Positions 1-62,300 are shown, numbered from the stretch's first letter. The stretch is 64,000 bases of DNA from Tubiluchus corallicola (GCA_030141605.1 JAQGDQ010000057.1:711880-775879); one strand, 5' to 3'. The notes: generated by a model from the sequence alone, not told the origin. Numbers and translations: made by a program.

Positions 1-574
1 TCAATTAGATGACATCAGCAAATTAAAATTCATACAGTTTAGTAACAATTCAATTAGCCAAAATTATGGACAATTACGTCATAATTACTCAAAATAGTCT
101 GTAGTTAAGATTAAGCAGATTAGTCTAAGAGATTCACTATATATAGAAAATTCAATTAACAAAAGAAAATATGAACAGCAGCTTGGTTAGTTATTTACTA
201 ATAATATGATGTATATATGGTATATATTTGTTATTGTAATCAGTAAACAGTTTTACATTCTCTATAACAGTATTATGCCTGACTGATAAAGTTTTTAAAA
301 CTAAAATTTCATCACACAAAAGTTAATTAAAGCAATACATTCACTAGAACCATCAACTACTGAGAAGTCACCAGAACATAACCCAGAACACACTTAATCA
401 AGTAACTGGCAATATTTTACTAAAAAGTGTAAACACTTAACAACTTTTAACACTTAAGCAAGTTACATTGGAATTACAGTATTTATTTTGCATGCTCTTC
501 CTAAACAACTAGCCATTAACACAGGTTATTATTTCATATCCATGACTTTGCCACAGCTACACACTCTTACTACT

Positions 575-47681
<47,107 letters not shown>

Positions 47682-48268
47682 TCAATAAAAAACACAGAGC
47701 AAACAACAACTCACATACAATCACAAATCGACAAGTCCTCAAACTAGTAATTTGGCAATAGGCGTTATCTTCCTCAAGCAGCGAGTGTCTGATGTCGTTA
47801 AACAGTCAGTTTGGCCACTGGCATTGCAGCGTGTCAAAGAAAAAAAGTAGCCCTGAGATTGAAATTTGAAACGTTGTTTATTTTGAGAGTTGAGCCTTGC
47901 CATAATTATTATTAATGATGGTACAAAAACGTTGCAACTTTACTTTCAGAGTGAATTGAAGGAATTGAGAAAAAATTAATTTGGCTAGTAAGTAAGTAAA
48001 AATTTATTTTCAGTCGATTATTTAAATAAAAAAACACGAGTCGTTATTACTCTCTTTATCGACTGTAATTAAATTAAAAACCTACACATAAATGTTATAG
48101 TTAAAGACACATTAAAATACAGCAGTAAAAGCTATATATATATATATATATAAGCTGATTTCATGTAAATATTAATAATAAACTAACACAATAACACTGG
48201 TTTATTCACTTACTGACATCTTTCACCAGCCAATTATCATTAAATTTTGGAGTAGCCCCTAAAATTGG

Positions 48269-48709
48269 TAGGGGTGAGCATTCTCTACCAGAAAGCGAAT
48301 TCGAATCGAACCGAATTTGTGACTTTCGAATTCGAATCGAACCGAACTTCAGTGTTTCGAATTGGAACCGAATTCGAATTGAGATTGAAAGATTTTCGAA
48401 CAAGTTTTCGAACCACCAGTAAAAATTAGTTTTACAAAGATCATGCATATCATTAGATTTTGGTCTGCAATAAAATGACTAGTAGTTTCTTTAAAATTGT
48501 GCGCAGAAATCACAGCTAAATTATGCTAATTGCATGATGTTTCAATCGTTTTAGTGATGAAGAACATGTGTGATTGGTGTGCTGAATTATTCGAATCTAT
48601 AGTTTTGGAATCGAATGGAGTTCGATCTGAAAAAAACTCGTTCGAATCGAGTTCGAGCGTTCGTATTCGATTCGAACGTTCGAACTCGAACGTTCGATGC
48701 TCACCCCTA
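48269..48709. mobile_element. hAT-like MITE
   Basis: Perfect 13-bp TIR TAGGGGTGAGCAT / ATGCTCACCCCTA, dense subterminal TCGAA/TTCGA repeats, and 8-bp flanks aaaattgg / ctaattgg (6/8 match). Confidence 0.8.
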
Positions 48710-49599
48710 CTAATTGGAAGCCTACAAAAGTCGCTCATATTTTTAACTCCTTCAGGACCATAGGCGTTTGTTGCATTTTGCATGGGTTCATGAAAAACTG
48801 CTCTCGCCAAGTAGTGGTTAAGTTATATTTCATAATTTTTGTAGGTTTCTACTCCACACACAATGAATTTTCATGCAAAGTAGTATAAGAAATGTATCTG
48901 TTTACCTTAGACAAATTAAAAATGGATTTTTGACCAAAAATTGAAAAAAGTACCGCTATTGCTTGTGTAAAAGCAGCTAATGTAAAAAATTCAATTATCC
49001 AGACACAACACTCTGGCACACTTTAGCCTCAAGTCCACTCTATTTTTAAGGAAGAATTCCTGTTAAAAGATGAAATGACCTTAATTCGCCTTGGCTGATC
49101 GGTTGTCTTTTCCCAGAACTCTGTACAGAGACAGCTCTTGGGCTGCAGCAAGCAGGCAATCAATATCATATTGTGTACGATCATGCGAGTGTACACCAGA
49201 CTAAGCTACTCAATAGGCTAAGTTGGAGTGCCTGAAAATGGCGTGTTTTTCTTAATTTTGTCCAACTAAATTGCTTATGATTGTTTAAACAAATAGCATG
49301 ATTGGGCAGCCACGATTCTCCTAAATAGAACAGCACCTAATTTGTAATCATCTACTTTAAGTTATGTCTGTGCTCAGCCAATAGCAGAAAAGTCATAGGT
49401 CTTATAAGACCTACTTTTGAATGGTGCAGTCCTAAAGGAGTTAAAAAAAGGTAAAAGATATGTTTTGCTCAAATTATCATTCTATCAGCCTAACTAATGT
49501 TGTATCTAAAATTACGGATGATAATTATTACCTGTATCACTCTGATAGGCTTAATACATTTTATAAATTACAACATTATTTTAGCCCTCATCAATAATG

Positions 49600-50100
49600 T
49601 GAAATGCAACTAACAAACTGGTTTGTGATATGCAGCTAGGCTTCCAGGCAGATCTTGGTTGTGTGCTTAAATTCTGCAAGGAGTTTAGTGAAATGAGCCA
49701 TAAGTGTTTAATGAAGAAACTTTACTCATATGGTATTGAATGGCACCTGGTTCGGCAGCTTCCTTTATGATTGAACTCAGTCTGTTGTTGATGGTGTATC
49801 TCCGACTAGAGCCTCTGTTAAATCTCGAGTTCCTCAAAAATCCTTACTTGGGCCGTGCCTATTCCCATTTTACATGAACGACATTGCCAAAGGTTTGCAA
49901 TCTAAAGTGCACCTGTTTGCTGATGACATCATGTTTTACTTAGCAGGAAAGAACGAACAAGATACTAGAAATTTCCAAGAGGATAAACTTCTAGCCTGGT
50001 GAAGCAAATGGAAGATGGAATTTCACCCTGACAAGGGCAAGGTCATCAGTATAAAAATGAAAAGGAAGCCAGTGAGATGCCAACATGTGCTCCACAGACA
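49600..50100 (+). mobile_element. LINE reverse-transcriptase fragment (CR1/L2 group)
   Basis: QSVVVDG..VKSRVPQKSLLGPCLF..YMNDI..VHLFADD..WKMEFHPDKGKVI, with frameshifts. Confidence 0.75.
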
Positions 50101-50251
50101 GTTTGAAAATAAAGATTTGAAAATTTCATTAGCTTTCAAAAAAGTCTTCTGAAAAGTCTTCAAGCAAAACAGTAACAACAAACTATAAATGTAACAAGCA
50201 AACATCCTTCAAAGAAATGCTGATAAATAAACTGTAACTGAGTAAAAGTAA

Positions 50252-50338
50252 TTTCCCGCGCTTCATTGCATATGTTGTTTAACATCCAAGTTAAAAGTTT
50301 TATGCAGGCAGTGCCAAACGCAAATCAGTGAATTTGAA
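50252..50338 (+). promoter_or_regulatory. Candidate E2F site (TTTCCCGC, 50252-50259) and CHR-like TTTGAA (50333-50338) upstream of MCMBP
   Basis: Consensus E2F motif ~200 bp upstream of the ATG of a DNA-replication gene; the transcription start is unknown. Confidence 0.35.
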
Positions 50339-50449
50339 GGAAACGAAAACTTAGTTATTTAGTTAACCATTTAGACGTTTAAATTCACGCGTTAATATTT
50401 CTTTTCAGGATTTGTAATCGCGAATTTATTACCACAACAGCTACAAACG

Positions 50450-53400
50450 ATGCCAGGACTGGACGATTGGATTAACCACCCGTTGGATATAATACAGCAA
50501 AATTTCGGTAGTATCGAGACAGCCGAAGTTAAAAAATTTTGCACTAGTACTAGTTTTTTAAAACACATTGAAAGTTTATTCAATGTAGAATGTATATCGA
50601 GATATGTTTGCAATAAAGAGATTTGTTAAGACTTCACAATGTACAGTAATACTAGTATAGATAGACCTACATAAAGTTTTTAGGCATTTTGCACTGTACA
50701 AACACAAACAGTCAAGGCTGCAAGATCAAAATATTAAGAAGTAACTCAATAAAAATATCCCCATGATCATTGATCGAGCACCTTATTAATCTGACAAGCC
50801 TTCATTTGAAATTGATAAACTTACTTTCACAAACTGTCAATTCACATTACAGTTATATGCTCTCGGTGCTGCTGTTGCTGAAGGTTTATGACCTGGGCAT
50901 AGGCATTGCTTTCTAAAGAGAAAATGCAGTAATGGGCACAGTCCCCTTAAAAACTTGAATGCCATGAACATGCTGTTATAACCGTAAATAAAAGAGAAAA
51001 TGATTGGAATTATGGCTTTATTTCAATTTAAAGAGCAGCGCCATTTAAATTACAAGTTAAGGTGCACAGCTTAAAAGAACACCAAACCAAAGTGTTGTAA
51101 CAGGCATAGATGTTAATTAGTTACTCAACATAACATTCTTCCCTCCTAAGACTTTGGGAACATTTAAAGCTACAATATCAATTATAAGTGTTATCAAATT
51201 GAACCAGACAAACAGCTCAAAGTTAACAGAATTAACTTGGAAACTAAACAAAATTTAGTACAGTTAGTTTAAGATACTTATATAAAAGGGATTTGTATAT
51301 CCCTTACTTAACACATGCATTGAAAGTTAAGATAAAAAAGCCATTGATTCTATTCTAACCTGTAGTAAGCTTGACACATTTGCCTAAAGAACTAAGAAAA
51401 TTTTCTCAGTGTAGTGTGAGGAACTTTAGTGAACTTTGTAAAACAATATAATTGGGTAAACAAAGATTACAGCGATATCATGGAATCAGCTAATCATAAA
51501 ATTTTATAAGATAATGCAACCTCTAAGCTGATAAGGTGGCAGTGGTTTCCAGTCAGCCTTTGGATTATATTTTTCAATACATGATTTTTGTATGCTAAGT
51601 CTAATAGCTGCTTAAACTTGTTCACTTTGCTATTGTTATCAAGAACAACAAATGCCCAAAATTGGAGTCGTGAGTGTGCATGAATCAACAATGTCCACTC
51701 GATATCATAAAGGAACAAGTTGCTAGAAGGAGTTATTGGTGTGCATTTAAAACATTTGCAAATTTTACAGTTCTTCCATGTGAACAGGCTGCTTCGTGAT
51801 TCTGATAGCATCATGTATTATTTGCCGGAGCACCTCAAATGGGACTAGCATTTATCATCACATCTTGTAATTAGTTTGTACAATAATTAATGCCAAGTGA
51901 TCTCATTTTATTAATGTGGTAATCACTTTGTCAAAGGCATTCATCATGTTGAAAACTATATAAGTGGAATTGTCGTATTCTGTACCTGAAGCCAAGAATT
52001 ATAATACTCCAAGAGCTGGGGGACAATAAAGTTTCCTTTAACAAAACTGTGTGCATAATATTCCACTCCAGTAGGTACTCATAACTCTGTTAAAAGTAAA
52101 AAGCTTACTAACTTCAGCAATTTTTTGTATAGAATTCAGTAAGTTTATAGTTTGTTTTATTTTTATTTTTTTATTTATTATTATTATCACATTCAGTACA
52201 ATATAAAGCACGCAGTGGCATCAAAATTATTACATCTACTATATTTAATTGTTATGTTTCATATACTATCGTTATCATAAAAGAATAATTGTACGGCAGT
52301 GGGCTAGAGAAGCAAAGGCTCATAACCTGCATAAACCTGTCATGCTGTCATATTAGCCTGATAAAAAAATGGATGAGTGAACAAAAAAAGAACTGGGAGA
52401 AAGGTTAGATCACACAGGAAGGGTAGAAGGATGTGTTAGTGGAAATGGTAGGAAGAAAGATAATAGGTTGCGCTATGTTGACATCAGCTCTAAAGATTTA
52501 TCAATGACGCCTTGTTTTGCATAATCTGTACCAGGATTGTGGTATGACTACTGCAGTAGGTGTGGGAAATTAGGAAGTGTTGTACTTGTTGAGAATCGTT
52601 GCTCTGTATTTCTTTTTAAATGTTTGAATTGGCTGAACAGTTTTTAATTCATCATCTATGTCATTCCAAAGCTTGTAATTATTACAGTCCGATTTTTGCA
52701 CCTCTTTTAAAAATGGGTGTAAGTTGACCAAACTGCCATTGACATAAGACTTGGCATATAGTGAGTGATTTGTAATTGATTAATAACGTAATGACTTACG
52801 CAAATTCACTGCAGGTTTATATGAGACTAACACATTTTAAATTACATTTAGGGTGACTCATTAACATTACACTGATATAATGACTACATTGCCTGATCTT
52901 GCATTTCATGGCTATTCATATATGGTGCTGTTACTAGATCTTCATATCAGGAAACATTTAGTGAATCATATGCTAGATGGGGTCATTGTACACTAATCGC
53001 TAGCTGTATAACAAATCTTCGAACACGCTACATGATAATCAGATAATAATTCGGTAATATAATCTCAAGAAACATTTTTGCATTTCAGATGCCGGGCAGA
53101 ACTGGTGTGAGAAAGTTGAGATTTACTTTTCTAGACTAATAAATGACACAAAATCATTTCCTTGGGTAAGTGTAAATTTATTTCTATAATAGGTTTTAAA
53201 ATTTTGATAATGACAAAAATAATATAAAGTCGACCATTAAGAAAAAAACTACATAGATTATAACCCAATTGAAATCGACACATTAAACACTGAATTTTCA
53301 ATTTTATAGCAAAGATGATTATTATTCTCAGTTTATTTGATGAACCAATGTGTTTAGTTAAAGAAACAGGCTAAATAAATGCATATTTGAAAGGATTATT

Positions 53401-55850
53401 TACAGTATTTCAGTAGGACCATTGTTTTCTGTCTTTTATTTTTTAAGTTACTGCATGTGACTAAACCAGCAAAACATTTGCAGCTGATTTTATGACCTTA
53501 TGTAATGTTTTTTGAAGTTCATTGAACTTCCTTTAAACTCTCCTTTATTTTTACAGATTCCGTCATTGAATGATGTTTCATTGCACAACCTTGTTCCAAA
53601 TTCTTTAGTGCGCTTTCGATGTACAATTCAAGACATGTACGATACTGAATTTTACCTGCATGTTTATGAAGTGAAGGACACACGAACGGGACGAACATTT
53701 CTTAAACCCGGAAGATATAGGGATGTGACAGAATGCAAGGTATGGTATGGTTTGACTACATAATCACATTGTTGCTTCTAGCTTTAATTGCTTAGTATAG
53801 ATTCCAATCTCAATAGCCTAAAAAATTAAAACCAATTTAATAATCAGAAATTTATCAACTAGCCTAGGTGTACGCTTTTTTTCAGATCAGTATTTATTAT
53901 TTCTGCTAGCTTCACTCTTTTTTTAATTAATTAATTAAGTAAGGGGCATACTTAGGTAAAGAAAAAGTGTTTATGGTGTAAGCTCTTCATCCATTTTCCA
54001 GGATGCAAGAAGTTGTTAGAGACATTTTGCAGAAGTATTGCGTACATTTGTCTATCACTCATGAATATGTAACCAATAAGAAATTAATAAGATTTTCCAA
54101 GTCATATAATTGAACATGTACTAACTTCTATATAACTAACTATATCTCTAGCCACACGAAGAACTTATCCTAGATTCTGTTAATTGCATTCCTGGAGATC
54201 GTCAAACTCTCTACTGTATCCCCGTTCCTGGGGAAACTAGCTGGGTGAAAGAAGAGTTTTCCCGCAGGAGTCATTGCGAGGTTCTAGCCTCTTCTTCTGT
54301 TCAACACGAGAGGCATAAACGGAGCTTCGACAGTGGAAATGCGGAGTATAGTTGCATTGACAATGGCAAGTTGAACAGTGCAGTTCAGTTTAATGTTAAT
54401 TAGTATTTTGTGAATGAAGGTATTACATTAGTGATGTCAAACATTTGGTGATATAGAGAAGTCAATAATATTATAATGTCGTCCTCTTCAAATATTGGTG
54501 ATAATACTTATGAAAATTCAAATAATAATTCCTTCACTAGTAGTTAATAGTACTGAAAGTCAACATTGGTGTTTCCGACCACCAATCCCTTTACTGAACC
54601 AGCTTCAGAGGCATTATTAATTTTGGTTGCTGAGCTCACGCTGTGACTGCTCATTTATATCCTCACTTCTTAATCAGTAAATAATCAAGAATTGCCAACT
54701 GTAAGTGAAACAAAAGTAAAACCAGTGCATAGTGCAAGTAGCCATAATATATGATTCAGCTTGAATTCTGACAGCATACCGTTCTGTCAAATGTTTTTAT
54801 GTTCTAGCCTTCATTAACTATACATCATTTTTTATGGTGCCTTGTGCAAGGTGAAATTATAAATTAATTCACTGGTAACGGAAAAATTACATAATGGTAT
54901 CGGTATCTTTGTTTAGTTGTATGTTATATTATATCTTTCCTGTAAATGTTTTTCTAGGAAATGCTGTTGAAAGTTCTGCTAAAGGTGCAGAATCATTTGA
55001 AATGGATTGTTCAAACTCCTTAGTTAATCCTGCACAGAAACGGTCGATGAGGTCTCCAACCTCTCCGCAACGTGTGTAACACCATATTTAATTTCCATTA
55101 TAGGTATAGCTTAGGTTCCCATAGAGCTTGTGACAGACAAACAGGTAGATATAGTTTGTTCTTTAAGGACATGGACTACATAAGATTACCTAACAATCAA
55201 ATATAAAATTTTTAGACATTACTACAACATTAAAATTACGATTAAAACATACAGAATTTTATAACATTTTTAAAAAAAGCTTTTGCGTAGCTTTTGGATA
55301 TCTTCAACATGTGTGGGCTCCAAAGATAATGAAGTCCTTCGAGATTTGGAATAATTTCCCCGAGATTTGGAATAACATGTGGAATGTAATGTTTTTCAAT
55401 GAAATCCATTAATATTCGTGTTTTATATAATCTAGACTAGTTATTCTTCATCACACACATATGGCCTTGTAAGTGCAGTTGTTACTATATATTACTGTGT
55501 CCATGTTACTACCTTAAAAGTATTCCTTTTCGCTAACTTGCACTAGCATCTGTTTAATTGAATGAACCACAAATAAAAAATTGAATGATTTATTAACAGT
55601 GATTTTCGCTAGTTAGTTACAAGTTGCTATCATTAAAAGTGTTAATAGTCGCTCATGTCAGCGGTCCATTTTATGTAGGAACTTGTGCTTAATGTAAGGT
55701 TCATGAAGTGTAAAATCTTGTTTTTTAGTTTAAATTTTCATGAATGTCTTAATTCAGGTTTGTAATTTTTATTCAGATACTCATTTCGGACATGAACCAA
55801 ATCTGAATTTTCCATTACCAGATTCAAAGGGACCTGCTTGCTTGGTAAAG
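50450..55850 (+). CDS. MCMBP: Mini-chromosome maintenance complex-binding protein, 5' part (continues beyond the satellite and window)
   Basis: Exons 50450-50507 ([15 protein letters not shown]), 53089-53165 ([11 protein letters not shown]), 53557-53739 ([32 protein letters not shown]), 54152-54365 ([18 protein letters not shown]; GC donor), 54958-55071, 55777-55850 ([16 protein letters not shown]). An acceptor at 50407-50408 implies an upstream UTR exon. Confidence 0.92.
51460..52000 (-). mobile_element. Possible highly decayed Penelope-like RT remnant
   Basis: Fragments YDNSTYI (cf. .DFSTLY) and [16 protein letters not shown] (cf. G...AP..ANLFL..E); weak. Confidence 0.3.
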
Positions 55851-56356
55851 GTCAGTTGATAATATTTTATTAAACACAATATTTCTTCTTTATTTTTAAC
55901 AAGCAATAATACTAACAAATATGAGATTCGTGCAAGATCTAGGTCTCATATACATGTTTCATATACATATACATATGTGTATGTATGTGAGAGTCAGTGT
56001 TCGGTGAGCTACTGTTAAAAATTAGCTAGCTACAGCTACAGTGCAATAAAAGTAACTACCTGGTACATATTACTAACTAGCTACAGTTACATATGAGAGT
56101 TGAGTTGTGAAATTTAAGAAATGGCTATAGTGTAAAAAGTCTTTAAAGTTATAAAACAATTTTATTTTTTATTTATATACTACAATGTGCATTAAGAATG
56201 ACGCGGGAAAAAGTGGTCAAATAGAAAAGTAGATGAATAAGCATGGGAAAAATGGCACAGGAAAAATGACACAAACGAGAAAGTAAGAAGAAATGGCATG
56301 TGTTATTTTGATGCCATTCATTTCTATAATAAAACTAGAATGTCATCAGCAGGAAG

Positions 56357-59300
56357 CTCTCTGTGCTACAATGCCTGATTACTGACAGCCACACTCGCTG
56401 TACTACAATGCATAATTGCTTTCACAACCACACTCGCTGTACTACAATGCATAATTGCTGACACAGCCACACTCGCTGTACTACAATGCGTAATTGCTTT
56501 CACAGCCACACTCGCTGTACTACAATGCGTAATTGCTTTCACAGCCACACACGCTGTACTACAATGCGTAATTGCTTTCACAGCCACACTCGCTGTACTA
56601 CAATGCGTAATTGCTTTTACAGCCACACTCGCTGTACTACAATGTGTAATTGCTTTCACAACCACACTCGCTGTACTACAATGCATAATTGCTTTCACAG
56701 TCACACTCGCTGTACTACAATGCTAATTCTTTCACAGCCACACTCGCTGTACTACAATGCATAATTGCTTTCACAGCCACACACGCTGTACTACAATGCG
56801 TAATTGCTTTCACAGCCACACTCGCTGTACTACAATGCGTAATTGCTTTTACAGCCACACTCGCTGTACTACAATGTGTAATTGCTTTCACAACCACACT
56901 CGCTGTACTACAATGCATAATTGCTTTCACAGTCACACTCGCTGTACTACAATGCTAATTCTTTCACAGCCACACTCGCTGTACTACAATGCATAATTGC
57001 TTTCACAGCCACACTCGCTGTACTACAATGCGTAATTGCTTTCACAGCCACACTCGCTGTACTACAATGCGTAATTGCTTTCACAGCCGCACTCGCTGTA
57101 CTACAATGCGTAATTGCTTTCACAGCCGCACTCGCTGTACTACAATGCATAATTGCTGACACAGCCACACTCCCTGTACTACAATCATAATTGCTTTCAC
57201 AGCCACACTCTCTGTACTACAATGCATAATTGCTTTCACAGCCACACTCGCTGTACTACAATGCATAATTGCTTTCACAGTCACACTCGCTGTACTACAA
57301 TGCGTAATTGCTTTCACAGCCACACTCGCTGTACTACAATGCATAATTGCTTTCACAGCCACACTCGCTGTACTACAATGCGTAATTACTTTCACAGTCA
57401 CACTCGCTGTACTACAATGCATAATTGCTTTCACAGCCACACTCGCTGTACTACAATGCGTAATTGCTTTCACAGCCACACTCGCTGTACTACAATGCGT
57501 AATTGCTTTCACAGCCGCACTCGCTGTACTACAATGCATAATTGCTGACACAGCCACACTCGCTGTACTACAATGCATAATTGCTTTCACAGCCACACTC
57601 TCTGTACTACAATGCATAATTGCTTTCACAGCCACACTCGCTGTACTACAATGCGTAATTGCTTTCACAGTCACACTCGCTGTACTACAATGCATAATTG
57701 CTTTCACATCCACACTCGCTGTACTACAATGCGTAATTGCTTTCACAGTCACACTCGCTGTACTACAATGCATAATTGCTTTCACAGCCACACTCGCTGT
57801 ACTACAATGCGTAATTGCTTTCACAGCCACACTCGCTGTACTACAATGCATAATTGCTGACACAGCCACACTGTGTACTACAATGCCTGACTGCTGACAC
57901 AGGCACACTCTGTACTACAATGCGTAATTGCTGACACAGACACACTCTCAGTACTACAATGCCCGACTGCTGACATAGCCACACTCGTCGTACTACAATG
58001 CCTGATTGCTGACACAGGCACTCTTTATATTAGAATGCCTGATTACTGACACAGCCACACTCGCTGTACTACTATGCATAATTGCTGACACAGCCACACT
58101 CGCTGTACTACAATGCATAATTGCTGACACAGCTACTCTCGCTGTACTACAATGTGTAATTGCTGACACAGCCACACTGTGTACTACAATGCCTGACTGC
58201 TGACACAGGCACACTCTGTACTACAATGCCTGATTGCTGACAGCCACACTTTCTGTACTACAATGCCTGATTGCTGACACAGCCACACTCTCTGTACTAC
58301 AATGCCTGATTGCTGACAGCCACTCTTTCTGTACTACAATGCCTGATTGCTGACAGCCACACTTTCTGTACTACAATGCCTGATTGCTGACACAGCCACA
58401 CTCTCTGTACTACAATGCATAATTGCTGACACAGCCACACTGTGTACTACAATGCCTGATTGCTGCCACAGACACACTCTCTGTACTACAATGCCTGACT
58501 GCTGACACAGGCACACTCTGTACTACAATGCGTAATTGCTGACACAGACACACTGTACTACAATGCCCGACTGCTGACATAGCCACACTCGTCGTACTAC
58601 AATGCTTGATTGCTGACACAGGCACTCTTATATTAGAATGCCTGATTACTGACACAGCCACAGTCTGTACTACAATGTCTGATTACTGAGAGCCACACTT
58701 GCTGTACTACAATGCCTGATTGCTGACACAGCTACACACTCTGTACTACAATGCGTAATTGCTGACACAGCCACACTCGCTGTACCACTATGCGTAATTG
58801 CTGACACAGCCACACTCGCTGTACTACAATGCGTAATTGCTAACACAGCTACACTCGCTGTACTACAATGCATAATTGCTTTCACATCCACACTCGCTGT
58901 ACTACAATGCGTAATTGCTTTCACAGTCACACTCGCTGTACTACAATGCATAATTGCTTTCACAGCCACACTCGCTGTACTACAATGCGTAATTGCTTTC
59001 ACAGCCACACTCGCTGTACTACAATGCATAATTGCTGACACAGCCACACTGTGTACTACAATGCCTGACTGCTGACACAGGCACACTCTGTACTACAATG
59101 CGTAATTGCTGACACAGACACACTCTCAGTACTACAATGCCCGACTGCTGACATAGCCACACTCGTCGTACTACAATGCCTGATTGCTGACACAGGCACT
59201 CTTTATATTAGAATGCCTGATTACTGACACAGCCACACTCGCTGTACTACTATGCATAATTGCTGACACAGCCACACTCGCTGTACTACAATGCATAATT

Positions 59301-62300
59301 GCTGACACAGCTACTCTCGCTGTACTACAATGCGTAATTGCTGACACAGCCACACTGTGTACTACAATGCCTGACTGCTGACACAGGCACACTCTGTACT
59401 ACAATGCCTGATTGCTGACAGCCACACTTTCTGTACTACAATGCCTGATTGCTGACACAGCCACACTCTCTGTACTACAATGCCTGATTGCTGACAGCCA
59501 CTCTTTCTGTACTACAATGCCTGATTGCTGACAGCCACACTTTCTGTACTACAATGCCTGATTGCTGACACAGCCACACTCTCTGTACTACAATGCATAA
59601 TTGCTGACACAGCCACACTGTGTACTACAATGCCTGATTGCTGCCACAGACACACTCTCTGTACTACAATGCCTGACTGCTGACACAGGCACACTCTGTA
59701 CTACAATGCGTAATTGCTGACACAGACACACTGTACTACAATGCCCGACTGCTGACATAGCCACACTCGTCGTACTACAATGCTTGATTGCTGACACAGG
59801 CACTCTTATATTAGAATGCCTGATTACTGACACAGCCACAGTCTGTACTACAATGTCTGATTACTGAGAGCCACACTTGCTGTACTACAATGCCTGATTG
59901 CTGACACAGCTACACACTCTGTACTACAATGCGTAATTGCTGACACAGCCACACTCGCTGTACCACTATGCGTAATTGCTGACACAGCCACACTCGCTGT
60001 ACTACAATGCATAATTGCTAACACAGCTACACTCGCTGTACTACAATGCGTAATTGCTGACATAGCCACACTGTGTACTACAATGCCTGACTGCTGACAC
60101 AGGCACACTCTGTACTACAATGCGTAATTGCTGACACAGACACACTCTGTACTACAATGCCTGATTGCTGACAGCCACACTTTCTGTACTACAATGCCTG
60201 ATTGCTGACACAGCCACTCTTTCTGTACTACAATGCCTGATTGCTGACAGCCACACTTTCTGTACTACAATGCCTGATTGCTGACACAGCCACACTCTCT
60301 GTACTACAATGCCCGACTGCTGACATAGCCACACTCGTCGTACTACAATGCCTGATTGCTGACACAGGCACACTCTGTACTACAATGCGTAATTGCTGAC
60401 ACAGACACACTCTGTACTACAATGCTTGGTTGCTGACACAGGCACTCTTTATATTAGAATGCCTGATTACTGACACAGCCACAGTCTGTACTACAATGTC
60501 TGATTACTGAGAGCCACACTTGCTGTACTACAATGCCTGATTGCTGACACAGCCACACTCGCTGTACTACAATGCATAATTGCTTTCACATCCACACTCG
60601 CTGTACTACAATGCGTAATTGCTTTCACAGTCACACTCGCTGTACTACAATGCATAATTGCTTTCACAGCCACACTCGCTGTACTACAATGCGTAATTGC
60701 TTTCACAGCCACACTCGCTGTACTACAATGCATAATTGCTGACACAGCCACACTGTGTACTACAATGCCTGACTGCTGACACAGGCACACTCTGTACTAC
60801 AATGCGTAATTGCTGACACAGACACACTCTCAGTACTACAATGCCCGACTGCTGACATAGCCACACTCGTCGTACTACAATGCCTGATTGCTGACACAGG
60901 CACTCTTTATATTAGAATGCCTGATTACTGACACAGCCACACTCGCTGTACTACTATGCATAATTGCTGACACAGCCACACTCGCTGTACTACAATGCAT
61001 AATTGCTGACACAGCTACTCTCGCTGTACTACAATGCGTAATTGCTGACACAGCCACACTGTGTACTACAATGCCTGACTGCTGACACAGGCACACTCTG
61101 TACTACAATGCCTGATTGCTGACAGCCACACTTTCTGTACTACAATGCCTGATTGCTGACACAGCCACACTCTCTGTACTACAATGCCTGATTGCTGACA
61201 GCCACTCTTTCTGTACTACAATGCCTGATTGCTGACAGCCACACTCTGTACTACAATGCCTGATTGCTGACACAGCACACTCTCTGTACTACAATGCGCT
61301 GACACAGCCACACTGTGTACTCCTGATTGCTGCCACAGACACACTCTCTGTACTACAATGCCTGACTGCTGACACAGGCACACTCTGTACTACAATGCGT
61401 AATTGCTGACACAGACACACTGTACTACAATGCCCGACTGCTGACATAGCCACACTCGTCTACAATGCTTGATTGCTGACACAGGCACTCTTACTACAAT
61501 GTCTGATTACTGAGAGCCACACTTGCTGTACTACAATGCCTGATTGCTGACACAGCTACACACTCTGTACTACAATGCGTAATTGCTGACACAGCCACAC
61601 TCGCTGTACCACTATGCGTAATTGCTGACACAGCCACACTCGCTGTACTACAATGCATAATTGCTAACACAGCTACACTCGCTGTACTACAATGCGTAAT
61701 TGCTGACATAGCCACACTGTGTACTACAATGCCTGACTGCTGACACAGGCACACTCTGTACTACAATGCGTAATTGCTGACACAGACACACTCTGTACTA
61801 CAATGCCTGATTGCTGACAGCCACACTTTCTGTACTACAATGCCTGATTGCTGACACAGCCACTCTTTCTGTACTACAATGCCTGATTGCTGACAGCCAC
61901 ACTTTCTGTACTACAATGCCTGATTGCTGACACAGCCACACTCTCTGTACTACAATGCCCGACTGCTGACATAGCCACACTCGTCGTACTACAATGCCTG
62001 ATTGCTGACACAGGCACACTCTGTACTACAATGCGTAATTGCTGACACAGACACACTCTGTACTACAATGCCCGACTGCTGACATAGCCACACTCGTCGT
62101 ACTACAATGCTTGGTTGCTGACACAGGCACTCTTTATATTAGAATGCCTGATTACTGACACAGCCACAGTCTGTACTACAATGTCTGATTACTGACACAG
62201 CCACACTCTTTCCTACAATGCGTGATTGCTGACACAGCCACACTCTTTCCTACAATGCGTGATTGCTGACACAGCCACACTCTCTGTACCACTATGCGTA

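Noticed and set aside
55994-56100. CAGTGTT..agctac/gtaac repeats resembling a DNA-transposon end
   Set aside because: No matching second terminus or TSD was found.
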